A stretch of 32,000 nt of DNA from an uncultured Alphaproteobacteria bacterium (GCA_963709855.1 CAVPXX010000012.1:18269-50268); one strand, 5' to 3'; positions 1-9,043 are shown, counted from the stretch's first letter. Notes: generated by a model not told the origin, from the letters alone. Made by a program: numbers and translations.

Positions 1-3000
1 TCCAGCGACTTCGCAAGTTCGCGCGTGCGGGTCTCAACACTCTCGAACAGCCGCACATTCTCGATCGCGATCGCGGCCTGGTCGGCGAACGTGGATACAA
101 GCTCGATTTGCTTGTCAGTGAATGGCCGCATCGCGTGACGCGTCAAGGTCAGAACGCCGATCGGAGTTCCCTCGCGTAACATCGGAACGCTTAAAATGGT
201 GCGAAAACCGCCCAGCTTCTGCCCCTCGACAAAAGTATATTCAGGGTCCGCCTGCACGTCGGGAATATGCACAACCTTACCCTCAAGCAGGGCCCGTCCT
301 GTACCCGTGCCACGCTCCGCAACGACTGGCAGGTTTCTGACGTACTCCGTGAAGTCGTCGGGGAAGCCGTAAGTTGCTACACGTAGGTACACGCCGTCCC
401 GCTCGCGGGCGATAGTCCCCTGATCAGCCTCACACAGCTGGGCGGCAGCCTCGACGAGAGCATCCAATACCGTTTTGAGATCAAACGCCGAGCGGCTTAT
501 GGCCTTAAGAACGTCCGCGGTCGCCGTCTGCTGCTGGAGCGCTTCAGTCAACTCCTCCGTACGCTTTTGCACCTCGTCAAACAGTCGGACATTTTCGATC
601 GCAATCACTGCCTGGTCGGCGAACGCCTTGACCAGCTCGATCTGTCGGTCGGAGAATGGCTTGACTTCACGACGATAGAGGGCAATCGACCCAATTGGTT
701 GCCCCTCGCGCAGCATCGGGACGCCGAGAAAGGTCCGAATACCGAGGGCTGTTTGGTGGGCCGCGGCGAAGGTATAATTCGGCTCGGCTGCAACATCCGC
801 AATGTGAAGAACGTTGCGCTCAAGGATGCTCCGCCCAACGAGTGACTTGGTGTCTGGCCGCCTCGGCCAGATTTGATGAAGGGCGTCGAGTGCGGCCTGG
901 TCGATATTGTGGTGGGCCACGACATTGATCATTTCTCCGTCAAAACGGAATACGATGCCGTACGTAGCTCCACATAGATTGACGGAATTGTTGGCGATCG
1001 TCTCAAAGATAGGCTGAAGGTCCGTCGCCGAGCTGCTTATGACGCGCAGCACCTCCGACGTCGCCGTTTGCTGCTCCAGCGCCTCCGAGAGATCGTCGGT
1101 GCGCTTTTGCACCTCATCAAACAGCCGCACATTCTCGATGGCAATCACCGCCTGGTCGGCGAAGATGAGGGCAAGCGCGATCTGCTTGTCGGTGAACGGG
1201 TTCACTTCATCGCGGGTGAGCGTGAACGTGCCAATAGCCGTCCCCTCACGCAGGAGGGGGATGCCAAGGATGGATCTATATCCGAATGCCTTTTGATAGC
1301 CAGCCGCGCGGTAATCGGGATCGGCCAGAACGTCTGGAATATGAATTGCCCTGCCTTCCAGTGCGGCACGCCCGGTCGCGCTGCCGCGGTTCGGTTGCAG
1401 CGGATGGTTCAACGCGTATTGCACCGCCTCGTCTGCAAAACCGTAATTGGCGCGTATCCGATATGCGTCGCCCTCCCGCATCATGATGGCACCCTTGTCG
1501 GCTTCGCAAAGCCGCGCCGCCGACTCCGTTAGCGTATTGAGCACCATCTGTAGATCGAACGTCGAGCGGCTGATGACCTTGAGCACGTCGGCGGTGGCGG
1601 TCTGCTGCTGGAGGGATTCACGCAGCTCGTTGAGCAGGCGCGAGTTCTCGATAGCGATGACGGCCTGTGCGGCAAAATCCGTTAGCAGTTTAACCTGCTT
1701 ATCAGAAAAAGGCCGAACCTCGGTGCGATATATAACAATGGCTCCGACCAACTCGTCCTCCTTGAGCATCGGGATCCCCACTACGCTTCGTGCGCCGGCG
1801 ACCTTGACCAGGGCCGAGCCCACATGACGCTCCTCAGTCGCGATATCGTCGAAACGGACCACGCCCTTTGCTTCAACCACGCGGCCAGCCACTGATCGAT
1901 CCAGGGGAACAACCGGTTCTCGCCGCCGCAGTTCTTCGAACGCAGCCGGGACATTGTAGTTGGCTGCATGTCTCATATTGGTTCCGTCGAATAACGACAA
2001 AATTCCGAATTGCGCCTCGCAGAGGTGAACCGCATTTTTTAACATTGTGTCGAACACCGGCTGCAGTTCGCCGGGCGAGCTGGAGATAACTTTGAGAACC
2101 TCCGAGGTCGCAGTCTGCTGCTCTAGCGCCTCGGACAGATCGTCGGTGCGCTGCCGCAGCTCGTTGAGCAGCCGCGCGTTTTCGATTGCAATGACTGCTT
2201 GGGCAGCGAAATTTTTGACCAGCTCGGTCTGCTTGTCGGCGAATGGGCGAACTTCCTGACGATAGATTGAGATTACACCGACCACCCGATCGTCATTGAG
2301 CATTGGAACCGCAAGTACGGTCCGCGCACCCCCGAGCCTGACTATCCCTTCTTCCGGTTGTTCCACAGCCATGTCAGCGACCTGGACGACCTGTTTGGTC
2401 GCGGCCACACGACTGAGAGTGGGCGACGCCGCAAGCGGCCGCACGGGGTCTCGAGCTCGTGCTTCAACATATGCCGGCGGACCATTGTGCAGGGCAGCGC
2501 GCCGATACGCATTGCCCTCAAACAATACAAGACTGCCAAACTTGGCACTGCAAATTCGTACCGCGTTTTCAAGGATGGCATCAAAGACTGGCTCAAGTTC
2601 GCCAGGCGAACTTGAGATGGTCTTCAGCACCCCTGTGGTCGCCGTCTGCTGTTCCAGCGCCTCGCTCAGGTCGTCGGTCCGTTGCCGAAGGTCTTTGAGG
2701 AGCCGCGTGTTCTCGATGGCGATGACGGCCTGTGCGGCGAAGTTCTTGACCAGCTCGATCTGCTTGTCGGTGAACGGCCGAACTTCCTGGCGGAAAATGG
2801 TGATGACGCCTATCAGGTCGCCTTCTTTCAGCATAGGCACCGCGAGGATGGTCCGATAACCGCCAAGTTCGACGCCAGCGACGGCCAATGGATCGCGCTC
2901 GATGTAGCCTCGCTCCTTCGTGATGTCGGCGAAATGGGTCACCTGCTTTGTCCTTGCCACACGGCCAAGGGGTACGTTTGGGCCCGGACGGATGGGCGCG

Positions 3001-3640
3001 CGCTGCATAAACTCAGCAAATGCGTGCGGGGCATTGTGCAGCGCGCCGACGCGGAAGGCGTCGCCCTCGCAAAGTAATAGTGCGCCGAACTTGGCATCGC
3101 AGATCCGCGTCGCGTTCTCCAGTAAGGTCCCGAACACCGGTTCTAACTCGCCGGGCGAACTGCTGATGACTTTGAGCACCTCGGACGTTGCCGTTTGCTG
3201 CTCCAGAGCCTCGGAAAGATCGTCGGTGCGCTTTTGCACCTCATCAAACAGCCGCACGTTCTCGATCGCGATCACCGCTTGGTCGGCAAAGGTCTTGATC
3301 AGCTCAATTTGCTTGTCGGTGAACGGCTTCACCTCAAAGCGGCGGATGCTGATAACGCCGATCGCCTCATTTCTCCTGAGCATAGGAACGGCTAAAATCG
3401 TTCGGTGACCGCGGCGCAGCGCCATCTCGCGGCCTTCCGGGAACTCCTCGCTAGTCGACAGATTGTGGACGTGGATTGGCGTGCGGTCCAAAAAGACACG
3501 CCCCGCCACCCAGCCGCGTCCGATCTCGTATTCAGTCGCGCCGGCGCCGATCGGGCCGTACATCGCTTTGATGTGAAGCTTGTCGCGCTGATGCAGGAAT
3601 ATAACACAATCATAGGCCTCACAAAGTTTCGCCGCCGAAC
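1..3640 (-). CDS. Multi-GAF-domain signalling protein, downstream portion. Partial: it continues past the left edge and is shifted one base relative to 3619..4401.
   Basis: My own translation of the minus strand gives an uninterrupted frame from about 3640 to position 1. It reads [33 protein letters not shown]...[52 protein letters not shown]... and repeats about six more times. It is missing from the ORF track because it has no stop inside the window. The first in-frame ATG is at 3563. The output domain is not visible. Confidence 0.8.
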
Positions 3641-4260
3641 TCGACCAGCGTGTTGAGCACCGCTTGCAGATCAAAGGTCTCGCGGCTGATAACCTTGAGC
3701 ACGTCGGCGGTGGCGGTTTGTTGCTGTAATGATTCGCGCAGCTCGCTGAGCAAGCGGGTGTTCTCGATGGCGATGACAGCCTGGGCGGCGAAGGTCTCGG
3801 CGAGTTCGATCTGCTTGTCGGTGAACGCCTCGACGAAGCCGCGCATCAACACCAGCACGCCGATTGGCTTCCCTTCGCGAAGCAACGGAACACCAAAGGT
3901 TGTGTGCACGTTCTCGAAGCCCGGAACGTTCGTTATTTTGAATTCTGGGTCGGCCTTGGTGTCTTCGATTTGAACGGCCTTACCCGCGCTGAGAACGCGG
4001 CCAACGATCGATCCCCGGTCCGGTTTGGCAGCCGGAACCGGATGTTCGTTCATGAATTGGTCTTGTTCTGGCGAATAGCCGTAGCTTGCGACGTGGTGGA
4101 AAAAACCATCCCTGGCGAGTCGGATTGACGCTCTGTCGGCGCGGCAGAGTCGGGCCACCGACTCGACCAGCGTGTCAAACACGGCCTGTAAATCAAACGC
4201 CGAACGACTGATGACCCGCAGCACCTCGGATGTCGCGGTCTGCTGCTCCAGCGCCTCTTC
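1..4260 (-). repeat. Tandem intragenic array of GAF modules with a period of roughly 513-551 nt.
   Basis: The QQTAT-encoding motif (plus strand gtNgcNgtYtgYtg) recurs near 4239, 3717, 3195, 2644, 2114, 1601, 1067 and 527. The start of a ninth linker ([21 protein letters not shown]) lies at 1-60. Confidence 0.85.
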
Positions 4261-4401
4261 AAGCTCACAGGTACGCCGGTCGAGTTGTTCCTGCAGGTCG
4301 GCAATGGATACGTGTGCGGTCGGCGCTTTGCGAGCCTTGGGCCTAATCGTCCTATGACGCTGGCCCTTCACCGGCTGTCCGCTTCCACCGCGTCGCTGCA
4401 T
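3619..4401 (-). CDS. N-terminal part of the same multi-GAF protein (basic N-terminus, coiled-coil linker, GAF 1, linker 2). It ends at a TGA created by a frameshift.
   Basis: 260-aa ORF with ATG at 4399-4401 preceded by GGAGGGGA. It contains [40 protein letters not shown], then a GAF-like body ([49 protein letters not shown]), then [34 protein letters not shown], then FGGETL-stop. Confidence 0.85.
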   Translation of the reverse strand: MQRRGGSGQPVKGQRHRTIRPKARKAPTAHVSIADLQEQLDRRTCELEEALEQQTATSEVLRVISRSAFDLQAVFDTLVESVARLCRADRASIRLARDGFFHHVASYGYSPEQDQFMNEHPVPAAKPDRGSIVGRVLSAGKAVQIEDTKADPEFKITNVPGFENVHTTFGVPLLREGKPIGVLVLMRGFVEAFTDKQIELAETFAAQAVIAIENTRLLSELRESLQQQTATADVLKVISRETFDLQAVLNTLVEFGGETL

Positions 4402-4540
4402 GTCGTCCCCTCCGGCGGGTCACGACGATGCTCAATCCTATGCAAATCCTAGCAGTCGCGCCATGGCAGAAACGCCCTGCGGGAGAGACAAGGAAGCCGA
4501 CACGGTGCCAAACCAACGAACCATCGCGGGCCAAAATCCA

Positions 4541-4611
4541 CCTTTGTCCGCTTTGGTCCAATAGCGGACAAACGCGGGTGCAGTCGGATTGTCCGTCAAC
4601 AGACCGATAGC
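4541..4611. repeat. Short interspersed hairpin repeat (REP-like), copy 1.
   Basis: It contains a perfect 10-bp stem, TTTGTCCGCT (4543-4552) / AGCGGACAAA (4563-4572), with a 10-nt loop, followed by cgcgggtgcagtcggattgtccg, which is shared with the other copies. Confidence 0.7.
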
Positions 4612-4638
4612 TCGCCGCTGATCTGCGCTACGGCTTTT

Positions 4639-5154
4639 TCACTTCAGCCGCGCGCTGATCTTGTCGAGCCCAGCTTTAGCACACGCTTCGTCGAGATCGC
4701 CGCCCGGAGCGCCGCCGACGCCAATCGCAGCGATTGCCTCGTTGTTAAGTTTGATGCGAAAAGCGCCGGGTTGCAACGCGACGTGGTCGAACTTGGCAAC
4801 GCCGCCGGCCGGCGGCGTCGGCCCTATGCGCTTGGCGATGGCGGCGCTCGAATCCTCATTACGCGCCGCGCCGAGCATGAGCACCGTGTAGGCCTTGTCA
4901 TAGGAGCTGTTGACTGCGATCAGTCCGGCGCCGTCCCCGCGTAGCATCGCCTGCGTCACGCCGTCGGTATCGATGATCGTTGCCGCGACCCGGTAGCCCT
5001 GCTTGGCGCAAGTCGCCACCGCCTCGGTCACCGCTTCCGACGCCAGCGCCGCAGACAGCCGGTGGGTGGTGAGCACGTCCTGGGCCGCCGCAAGCGTCGT
5101 GGCGCCAATCGCGATGCCCAAGGCGCCGGTGAGTGCGACGATGCGATTATTCAT
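4639..5154 (-). CDS. GlcG/HbpS-like (DUF336, haem-degrading family) protein with a signal peptide.
   Basis: Within ORF 4639..5340 the likely start is ATG 5152-5154, preceded by AGGGAGGG. The N-terminus is MNNRIVALTGALGIAIGATTLAAAQD. The body (AVATCAKQGYRVAATIIDTDGVTQAMLRGDGAG...AIAAIGVGGAPGGDLDEACAKAGL) is typical of the family. Confidence 0.75.
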   Translation of the reverse strand: MNNRIVALTGALGIAIGATTLAAAQDVLTTHRLSAALASEAVTEAVATCAKQGYRVAATIIDTDGVTQAMLRGDGAGLIAVNSSYDKAYTVLMLGAARNEDSSAAIAKRIGPTPPAGGVAKFDHVALQPGAFRIKLNNEAIAAIGVGGAPGGDLDEACAKAGLDKISARLK

Positions 5155-5248
5155 GAGAAACACCCTCCCTTGTTTGATTGCCGCGTATTGTAGAGCGCTT
5201 GTCGCAAAAGCGGACGCAAATTTTTGTGAGATCCCACCCACTTGCCGG

Positions 5249-5303
5249 CATAGCGGACAAACGTGGGTGCGGTTGGAATGTTCGTTTTGTGCCAAAGCCG
5301 ATA
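5249..5303. repeat. REP-like repeat, copy 2 (right half only).
   Basis: catagcggacaaacgtgggtgcggttggaatgttcgttttgtgccaaagccg aligns with copies 1, 3 and 4. Confidence 0.6.
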
Positions 5304-5436
5304 TCGCGCCTGGCTCGCTTCCCGAGCGCCGCATCATCAAACGGAAATGATTTTCCGCCGACTTCGATTACCTTGTCGGCACGCTACCGCGAGTGGCATC
5401 ATACCCGCGGTTGCAGATTTATACGGGGAGGACGAC

Positions 5437-6165
5437 ATGGGAACGATCAAGATTGCGGTATTCGGGCTGCTCGCGGCGGGGTTGGCGCTGGCGGCGGCAC
5501 CGGCATCTGCCCAGACCCAGACGCTCGAGGTAAGGGTAGACGGCTTAAAGAATGGCGGAGTGATCCCGAACCAGTATTGCTTCTGCGTGCCGGCGGCACA
5601 GGGGCATGTGGCACCCGGCCCCGATAAGAGTCCGGGCATCTCGTGGTCCAACGGACCGGCCGGCACCAAGTCTTATGTCATCACCCTAACCGATATCGAT
5701 AATGCAGCAGAACAACGCGAAAAACTGAACAAGGAAGGCATGACGGTTTCATCGTCGGCAGCGCGAAGAACAGTTTTTCACTGGGTCCTGATCGATATTC
5801 CTGCGAACGTCACGTCGCTACCCGAAGGCGCTGAATCGGAAGGTCGCGTGCCACACGGCAAACCGCAAATGCCGGCCATGGTTGGGGTACGCGGGCTAAA
5901 CGCCTTCACGAATTTCATGGCGGCCAACGAGCAGATGAAGGGCCAATGGTTCGGTTATGACGGTCCGTGTCCGGCTTGGAACGACGAACGCGCGCATCGT
6001 AATGTTTTCACGGTCTATGCGTTGAGCGTGCCGTCGCTCAATCTCAGCGGAGCATTTGACGGGTCCGCGGTGATGGCGGCGCTAGAGGGCAAGGTACTGG
6101 CTAAGGGCGAACTGGTCGGCCTTTCCTCGACTAACCCGGATGTGATCGCGAAGCTGCCGAAGTAG
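5437..6165 (+). CDS. YbhB/YbcL-type PEBP (Raf-kinase-inhibitor-like) family protein, secreted.
   Basis: In-frame ATG at 5437 follows GGGGAGGA. The signal peptide is MGTIKIAVFGLLAAGLALAAAPASAQ. The motifs SPGISWSNGPAGTKSYVITLTDID and HWVLIDIP, plus a ...GPCP...HRNVFTVYAL pattern, fit bacterial PEBP. Confidence 0.7.
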   Translation: MGTIKIAVFGLLAAGLALAAAPASAQTQTLEVRVDGLKNGGVIPNQYCFCVPAAQGHVAPGPDKSPGISWSNGPAGTKSYVITLTDIDNAAEQREKLNKEGMTVSSSAARRTVFHWVLIDIPANVTSLPEGAESEGRVPHGKPQMPAMVGVRGLNAFTNFMAANEQMKGQWFGYDGPCPAWNDERAHRNVFTVYALSVPSLNLSGAFDGSAVMAALEGKVLAKGELVGLSSTNPDVIAKLPK

Positions 6166-6235
6166 GAAACTGGCAGACAGGCGGCGCCATACACTCGTGG
6201 TGAGGTAATGCTAATGGCTTGCCAGAGTCCGCTTC

Positions 6236-6368
6236 GGGTCAATCGCGGCCTAGCCGATCAGCCCTAAAACCGGCCTTTGTCCGTTGTTAGTCCAATATGC
6301 GACAAACTCGGGCGCGGTTGGTTTGTCCGCGATGTGCCAATAGCGACCGACGCACCGCAGCAAACAGC
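6236..6368. repeat. REP-like repeat, copy 3 (long form), immediately 3' of the PF04392 gene.
   Basis: gggtcaatcgcggcctagccga...cctttgtccgttgttagtccaatatgcgacaaactcgggcgcggttggtttgtccgcgatgtgccaatagcg aligns almost base for base with copy 4. Confidence 0.75.
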
Positions 6369-6372
6369 ATCT

Positions 6373-7353
6373 CTATTCGATCACCTCGTCGGCGCGCGCG
6401 AGCAGCTGCGGCGGCACATCGACGCCGAGTGCCTTAGCGGTCTTGAGGTTGAGCACAAGCTCCAATTTGGTGGGCTGCTCCACTGGGAGATCGCCGGGGT
6501 TGGCGCCTTTGAAAATCTTGTCAATCAGGCCTGCCGAACGGCGGTAGAGATCGGGATAGCTCACGCCATAGCTGAAAAGTCCTCCTGCATCGACAAATTC
6601 ACGCGAGGGATAGGTGGTGGCGATTTTCTCCTTGGCCGCCAATTCGATGATCATTGCTCCATTCGCTTGAGTGGTGGCGTCGATCCCCACCAAAATGGCA
6701 TTGACCATGTGATCGACTACCATCCCGAATGCGTTCGCAATGTCCTGCGCGTTGCGAACGTCGAAAAGCTCGATCGCAATACCGAGAGTTGCCGCAACCG
6801 CCTGGCTTGCGTCCCATTGCGGAGCAGAAACGGGATTCCCCATGTTTTGCATAAAGGCCACGCGCGAGATTGACGGAAGCATCTCCTTCATCAGCTCGAT
6901 ACGCTTACCAGCCAGTTCGGTGACGAACGCGCTCAAACCCGTGATGTTGCTGCCCGGGTGCGCCAGGGTGGCGACAACGCCTACGCCGAGCGGCTCGCCG
7001 ATGGCAGCCATGACCACGGGGATTGTCTTCGTCGTCTCCTTGGCAGCCCGAGCAGCAGGGGTCCCCCGCGTGACTATGAGATCGACACGTCCTCGAACTA
7101 GCTCTAGCGCAAGCGCCGGGAACCTGTCGGCGTGGCCATCAGCCGAACGATATTCAATGACGAGGTTTTGCCCCTCAACATATCCCAGTTGCTGAAGCCC
7201 CTGCCGCAGCGCGTTGAAATTCGCTGCATTCGAGGCCAGCGGAATAGTTTCCAATATCCCGATCCGATAGGTGCGATTTGTTTGCGCCCGCGCCGCCACC
7301 GGCCACGCAGCCACCGCACCGCCGAGAAGGGTGATGAACTCGCGCCGCCTCAT
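6373..7353 (-). CDS. ABC-transporter-type periplasmic substrate-binding protein (PF04392 ABC_sub_bind family), intact copy.
   Basis: Start ATG 7351-7353 gives MRRREFITLLGGAVAAWPVAARAQ, a Tat-like signal. The body reads YRIGILE...VEGQNLVIEYRSADGH...GTPAARAAKETTKTIPVVMAAIGEPLGVGVV. The C-terminus is KGANPGDLPVEQPTKLELVLNLKTAKALGVDVPPQLLARADEVIE. Confidence 0.85.
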   Translation of the reverse strand: MRRREFITLLGGAVAAWPVAARAQTNRTYRIGILETIPLASNAANFNALRQGLQQLGYVEGQNLVIEYRSADGHADRFPALALELVRGRVDLIVTRGTPAARAAKETTKTIPVVMAAIGEPLGVGVVATLAHPGSNITGLSAFVTELAGKRIELMKEMLPSISRVAFMQNMGNPVSAPQWDASQAVAATLGIAIELFDVRNAQDIANAFGMVVDHMVNAILVGIDATTQANGAMIIELAAKEKIATTYPSREFVDAGGLFSYGVSYPDLYRRSAGLIDKIFKGANPGDLPVEQPTKLELVLNLKTAKALGVDVPPQLLARADEVIE

Positions 7354-7465
7354 GCCCGACCCCAAGCTCAGGAGGCGGCATTTTAGCGGCTCAAACGAGT
7401 ACTTTGATAGGGCTGAAACCGGCATCAAAACCATTGCCGCAGAGTGCACAGCCAATGTCACTGTC

Positions 7466-7573
7466 GGGTCAAACGCGGCCTAGCCGTTGACGCCCCGTGC
7501 CAACTTTTGTCCGTTGTTAGTCCAATAGGCGACAAAAATCGGTGCGGTTGGTTTGTCCGCTTTGTGCCAATGG
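7466..7573. repeat. REP-like repeat, copy 4 (long form), 5' of the same PF04392 gene and in the same orientation as copy 3.
   Basis: gggtcaaacgcggcctagccgt...cttttgtccgttgttagtccaataggcgacaaaaatcggtgcggttggtttgtccgctttgtgccaatgg. Confidence 0.75.
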
Positions 7574-7691
7574 TGGATATATGCGGTATAATTTGCCCGT
7601 AGTCCTCGTGCTGACGGGCCGATCTAATGAGGCCGCGCCGTTTAGGCCGTCGGTGCTCTGAGCTACGCGACAATACCGGCTCAGGCTGCTC

Positions 7692-8516
7692 ATGGACGAT
7701 CCATTGAAGCAAGCAAAAGCCAAGGCGGCCGCTACCTACGACGCCGCAGCTGATCATTTTGATGATGAGTCGCTCGGTTTCTGGAAACGAATCGGCGAGC
7801 GCACCGTAGCTCGCCTTGCGTTGCCGGCCGGTGCCAATGTGCTCGACGTCGGCTGTGGGACGGGAGCCTCGGCCCTGCCGGCGGCGCAAATCGTCGGACC
7901 GAACGGTTTCGTCGTGGGAGTAGATTTGTCTGCACGTCTACTTGACCGGGCCCGAACCAAGACAGCGATGGGCCACCTTACGAATGTCGAGTTCCGCCTT
8001 GCAGATATGACGGCTCTTGGGTTCCCGGACGGGCACTTCGATGCCGTCATAAGCGTTTTTTCGATTTTCTTCGTGCCGGATATGGGAGCTTTGGTGCGCG
8101 AGCTGTGGCGTATGGTGCGACCCGGCGGGAAACTGGCAGTAACCACGTGGGGTCCGCGGATCTTTGAACCAGCCTATTCTCGCTGGCTCGCGGCGGTTAA
8201 ACGGGAACGTCCGGATCTCCATAGCGCCTTCAATCCGTGGGATCGCATCACGGATGTTGAGGTGGTAAGGCGTTTGTTGCGGGATGGTGGCGTCACGGAG
8301 GCTGACATCATAGCGGAAGATGGGTTGCAGCCTCTGCGCTCAGCCGAAGATTGGTGGATAATCGCAAATGGATCGGGGCTTCGGTGGACCATCGAGCAGA
8401 TGGGACCGGAGACCGCAGCGCGGGTAAGGGCGGATAACGTCCAATGGCTGCGTGAAAATGAAATCAAAGGCATCGAGACGAACGCGATTTATGCCATCGG
8501 TAACAAGCCGTCCTAG
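7692..8516 (+). CDS. Class I SAM-dependent methyltransferase.
   Basis: 274-aa ORF with SAM-binding motif I (VLDVGCGTGASALPAAQIVGPNGFVVGVDLS) and a later LVRELWRMVRPGGKLAV motif. Confidence 0.8.
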   Translation: MDDPLKQAKAKAAATYDAAADHFDDESLGFWKRIGERTVARLALPAGANVLDVGCGTGASALPAAQIVGPNGFVVGVDLSARLLDRARTKTAMGHLTNVEFRLADMTALGFPDGHFDAVISVFSIFFVPDMGALVRELWRMVRPGGKLAVTTWGPRIFEPAYSRWLAAVKRERPDLHSAFNPWDRITDVEVVRRLLRDGGVTEADIIAEDGLQPLRSAEDWWIIANGSGLRWTIEQMGPETAARVRADNVQWLRENEIKGIETNAIYAIGNKPS

Positions 8517-8529
8517 GCGGGCGAACAAT

Positions 8530-8616
8530 CCGACAAGAAGGGGGTGCGCGGATAGGTGCGGCTGGAATGTCCGCTAAGTGCCCAAAACCGGACTCATGCA
8601 CCGCAGCAAACAGCAA
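8530..8616. repeat. REP-like repeat, copy 5, immediately 3' of the truncated PF04392 remnant.
   Basis: ggtgcggctggaatgtccgctaagtgcccaaaaccggactcatgcaccgcagcaaacagca shares both the core and the ccgcagcaaacagca 3' junction with copy 3. Confidence 0.65.
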
Positions 8617-8618
8617 CT

Positions 8619-8975
8619 CTACTTGATCACCTCGTCGGCGCGAGCGAGCAGCGAAGGCGGCACGGTGAGGCCGAGCATCCGTGCAGTTTGATGATTGACG
8701 ACCAGTTCAAACTTGGTTGATTGCACAACTGGCAAATCCGCAGGTTTCGCGCCCTTCAGGATGCGCCCCGTATAAAGCCCCGCTTGATGAAACGCGTCGG
8801 TGACATCGGCTCCGTAGCTCATCAGTCCACCGAACGCCGGATAGTCGCGCGAGGTAAAGGCCGACGGCAGGGTGTAACGCATCGCAAGCAGCCCCAATTG
8901 CAAACGTCGGCTGTTGAAGAAGCCGCATGGCTGCGGAAACTAAAGCCAGAAGTGTGCGCATTTTGTAGTCTCCTT
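8619..8975 (-). pseudogene. Truncated and frame-disrupted remnant of a PF04392 binding-protein gene. Only the C-terminal ~90 aa are homologous.
   Basis: The frame 8619..8903 reads [89 protein letters not shown]. An ATG near 8972 with an AAAGGAG ribosome-binding site opens a signal-like MRTLLALVSAAM... in a different frame. The ~230-aa central body is missing. Confidence 0.7.
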
Positions 8976-9043
8976 TGGTCACTCCGAAAGCGGCATGCTT
9001 GGCACCGTCGAAGCGTTCGAATTCATATCGAATAGTTGTTCGT

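Noticed and set aside
122-4357. Many plus-strand ORFs across the GAF gene (for example 475..678, 1039..1296, 2296..2859, 2920..3408, 3650..3973) with recurring peptides such as [12 protein letters not shown] and [15 protein letters not shown].
   Set aside because: They are antisense shadows of the repeated minus-strand GAF linker. The recurring peptide is simply the reverse-complement reading of QQTATADVL...AIENxRL. They have no independent coding signal, and the minus-strand frame has clear family homology.
5263-5436. Upstream extensions of several track ORFs: 5263 for PEBP, 5340 for GlcG-like, 7461 for PF04392, 10099 for the aldolase-like gene, 12017 for ubiD1, 15374 and 27544 for the Bug proteins, and 28676 for CocE/NonD.
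   Set aside because: In each case an internal ATG with a good Shine-Dalgarno sequence gives the expected family N-terminus or signal peptide. The extension has no family resemblance and sometimes covers REP-like repeats.
7587-7592. A TATAAT hexamer upstream of the methyltransferase gene, considered as a -10 box.
   Set aside because: There is no convincing -35 at 16-18 bp (TTGTGC at 19 bp is the best). Alphaproteobacterial promoters deviate from the E. coli consensus, so a single hexamer match is not evidence.
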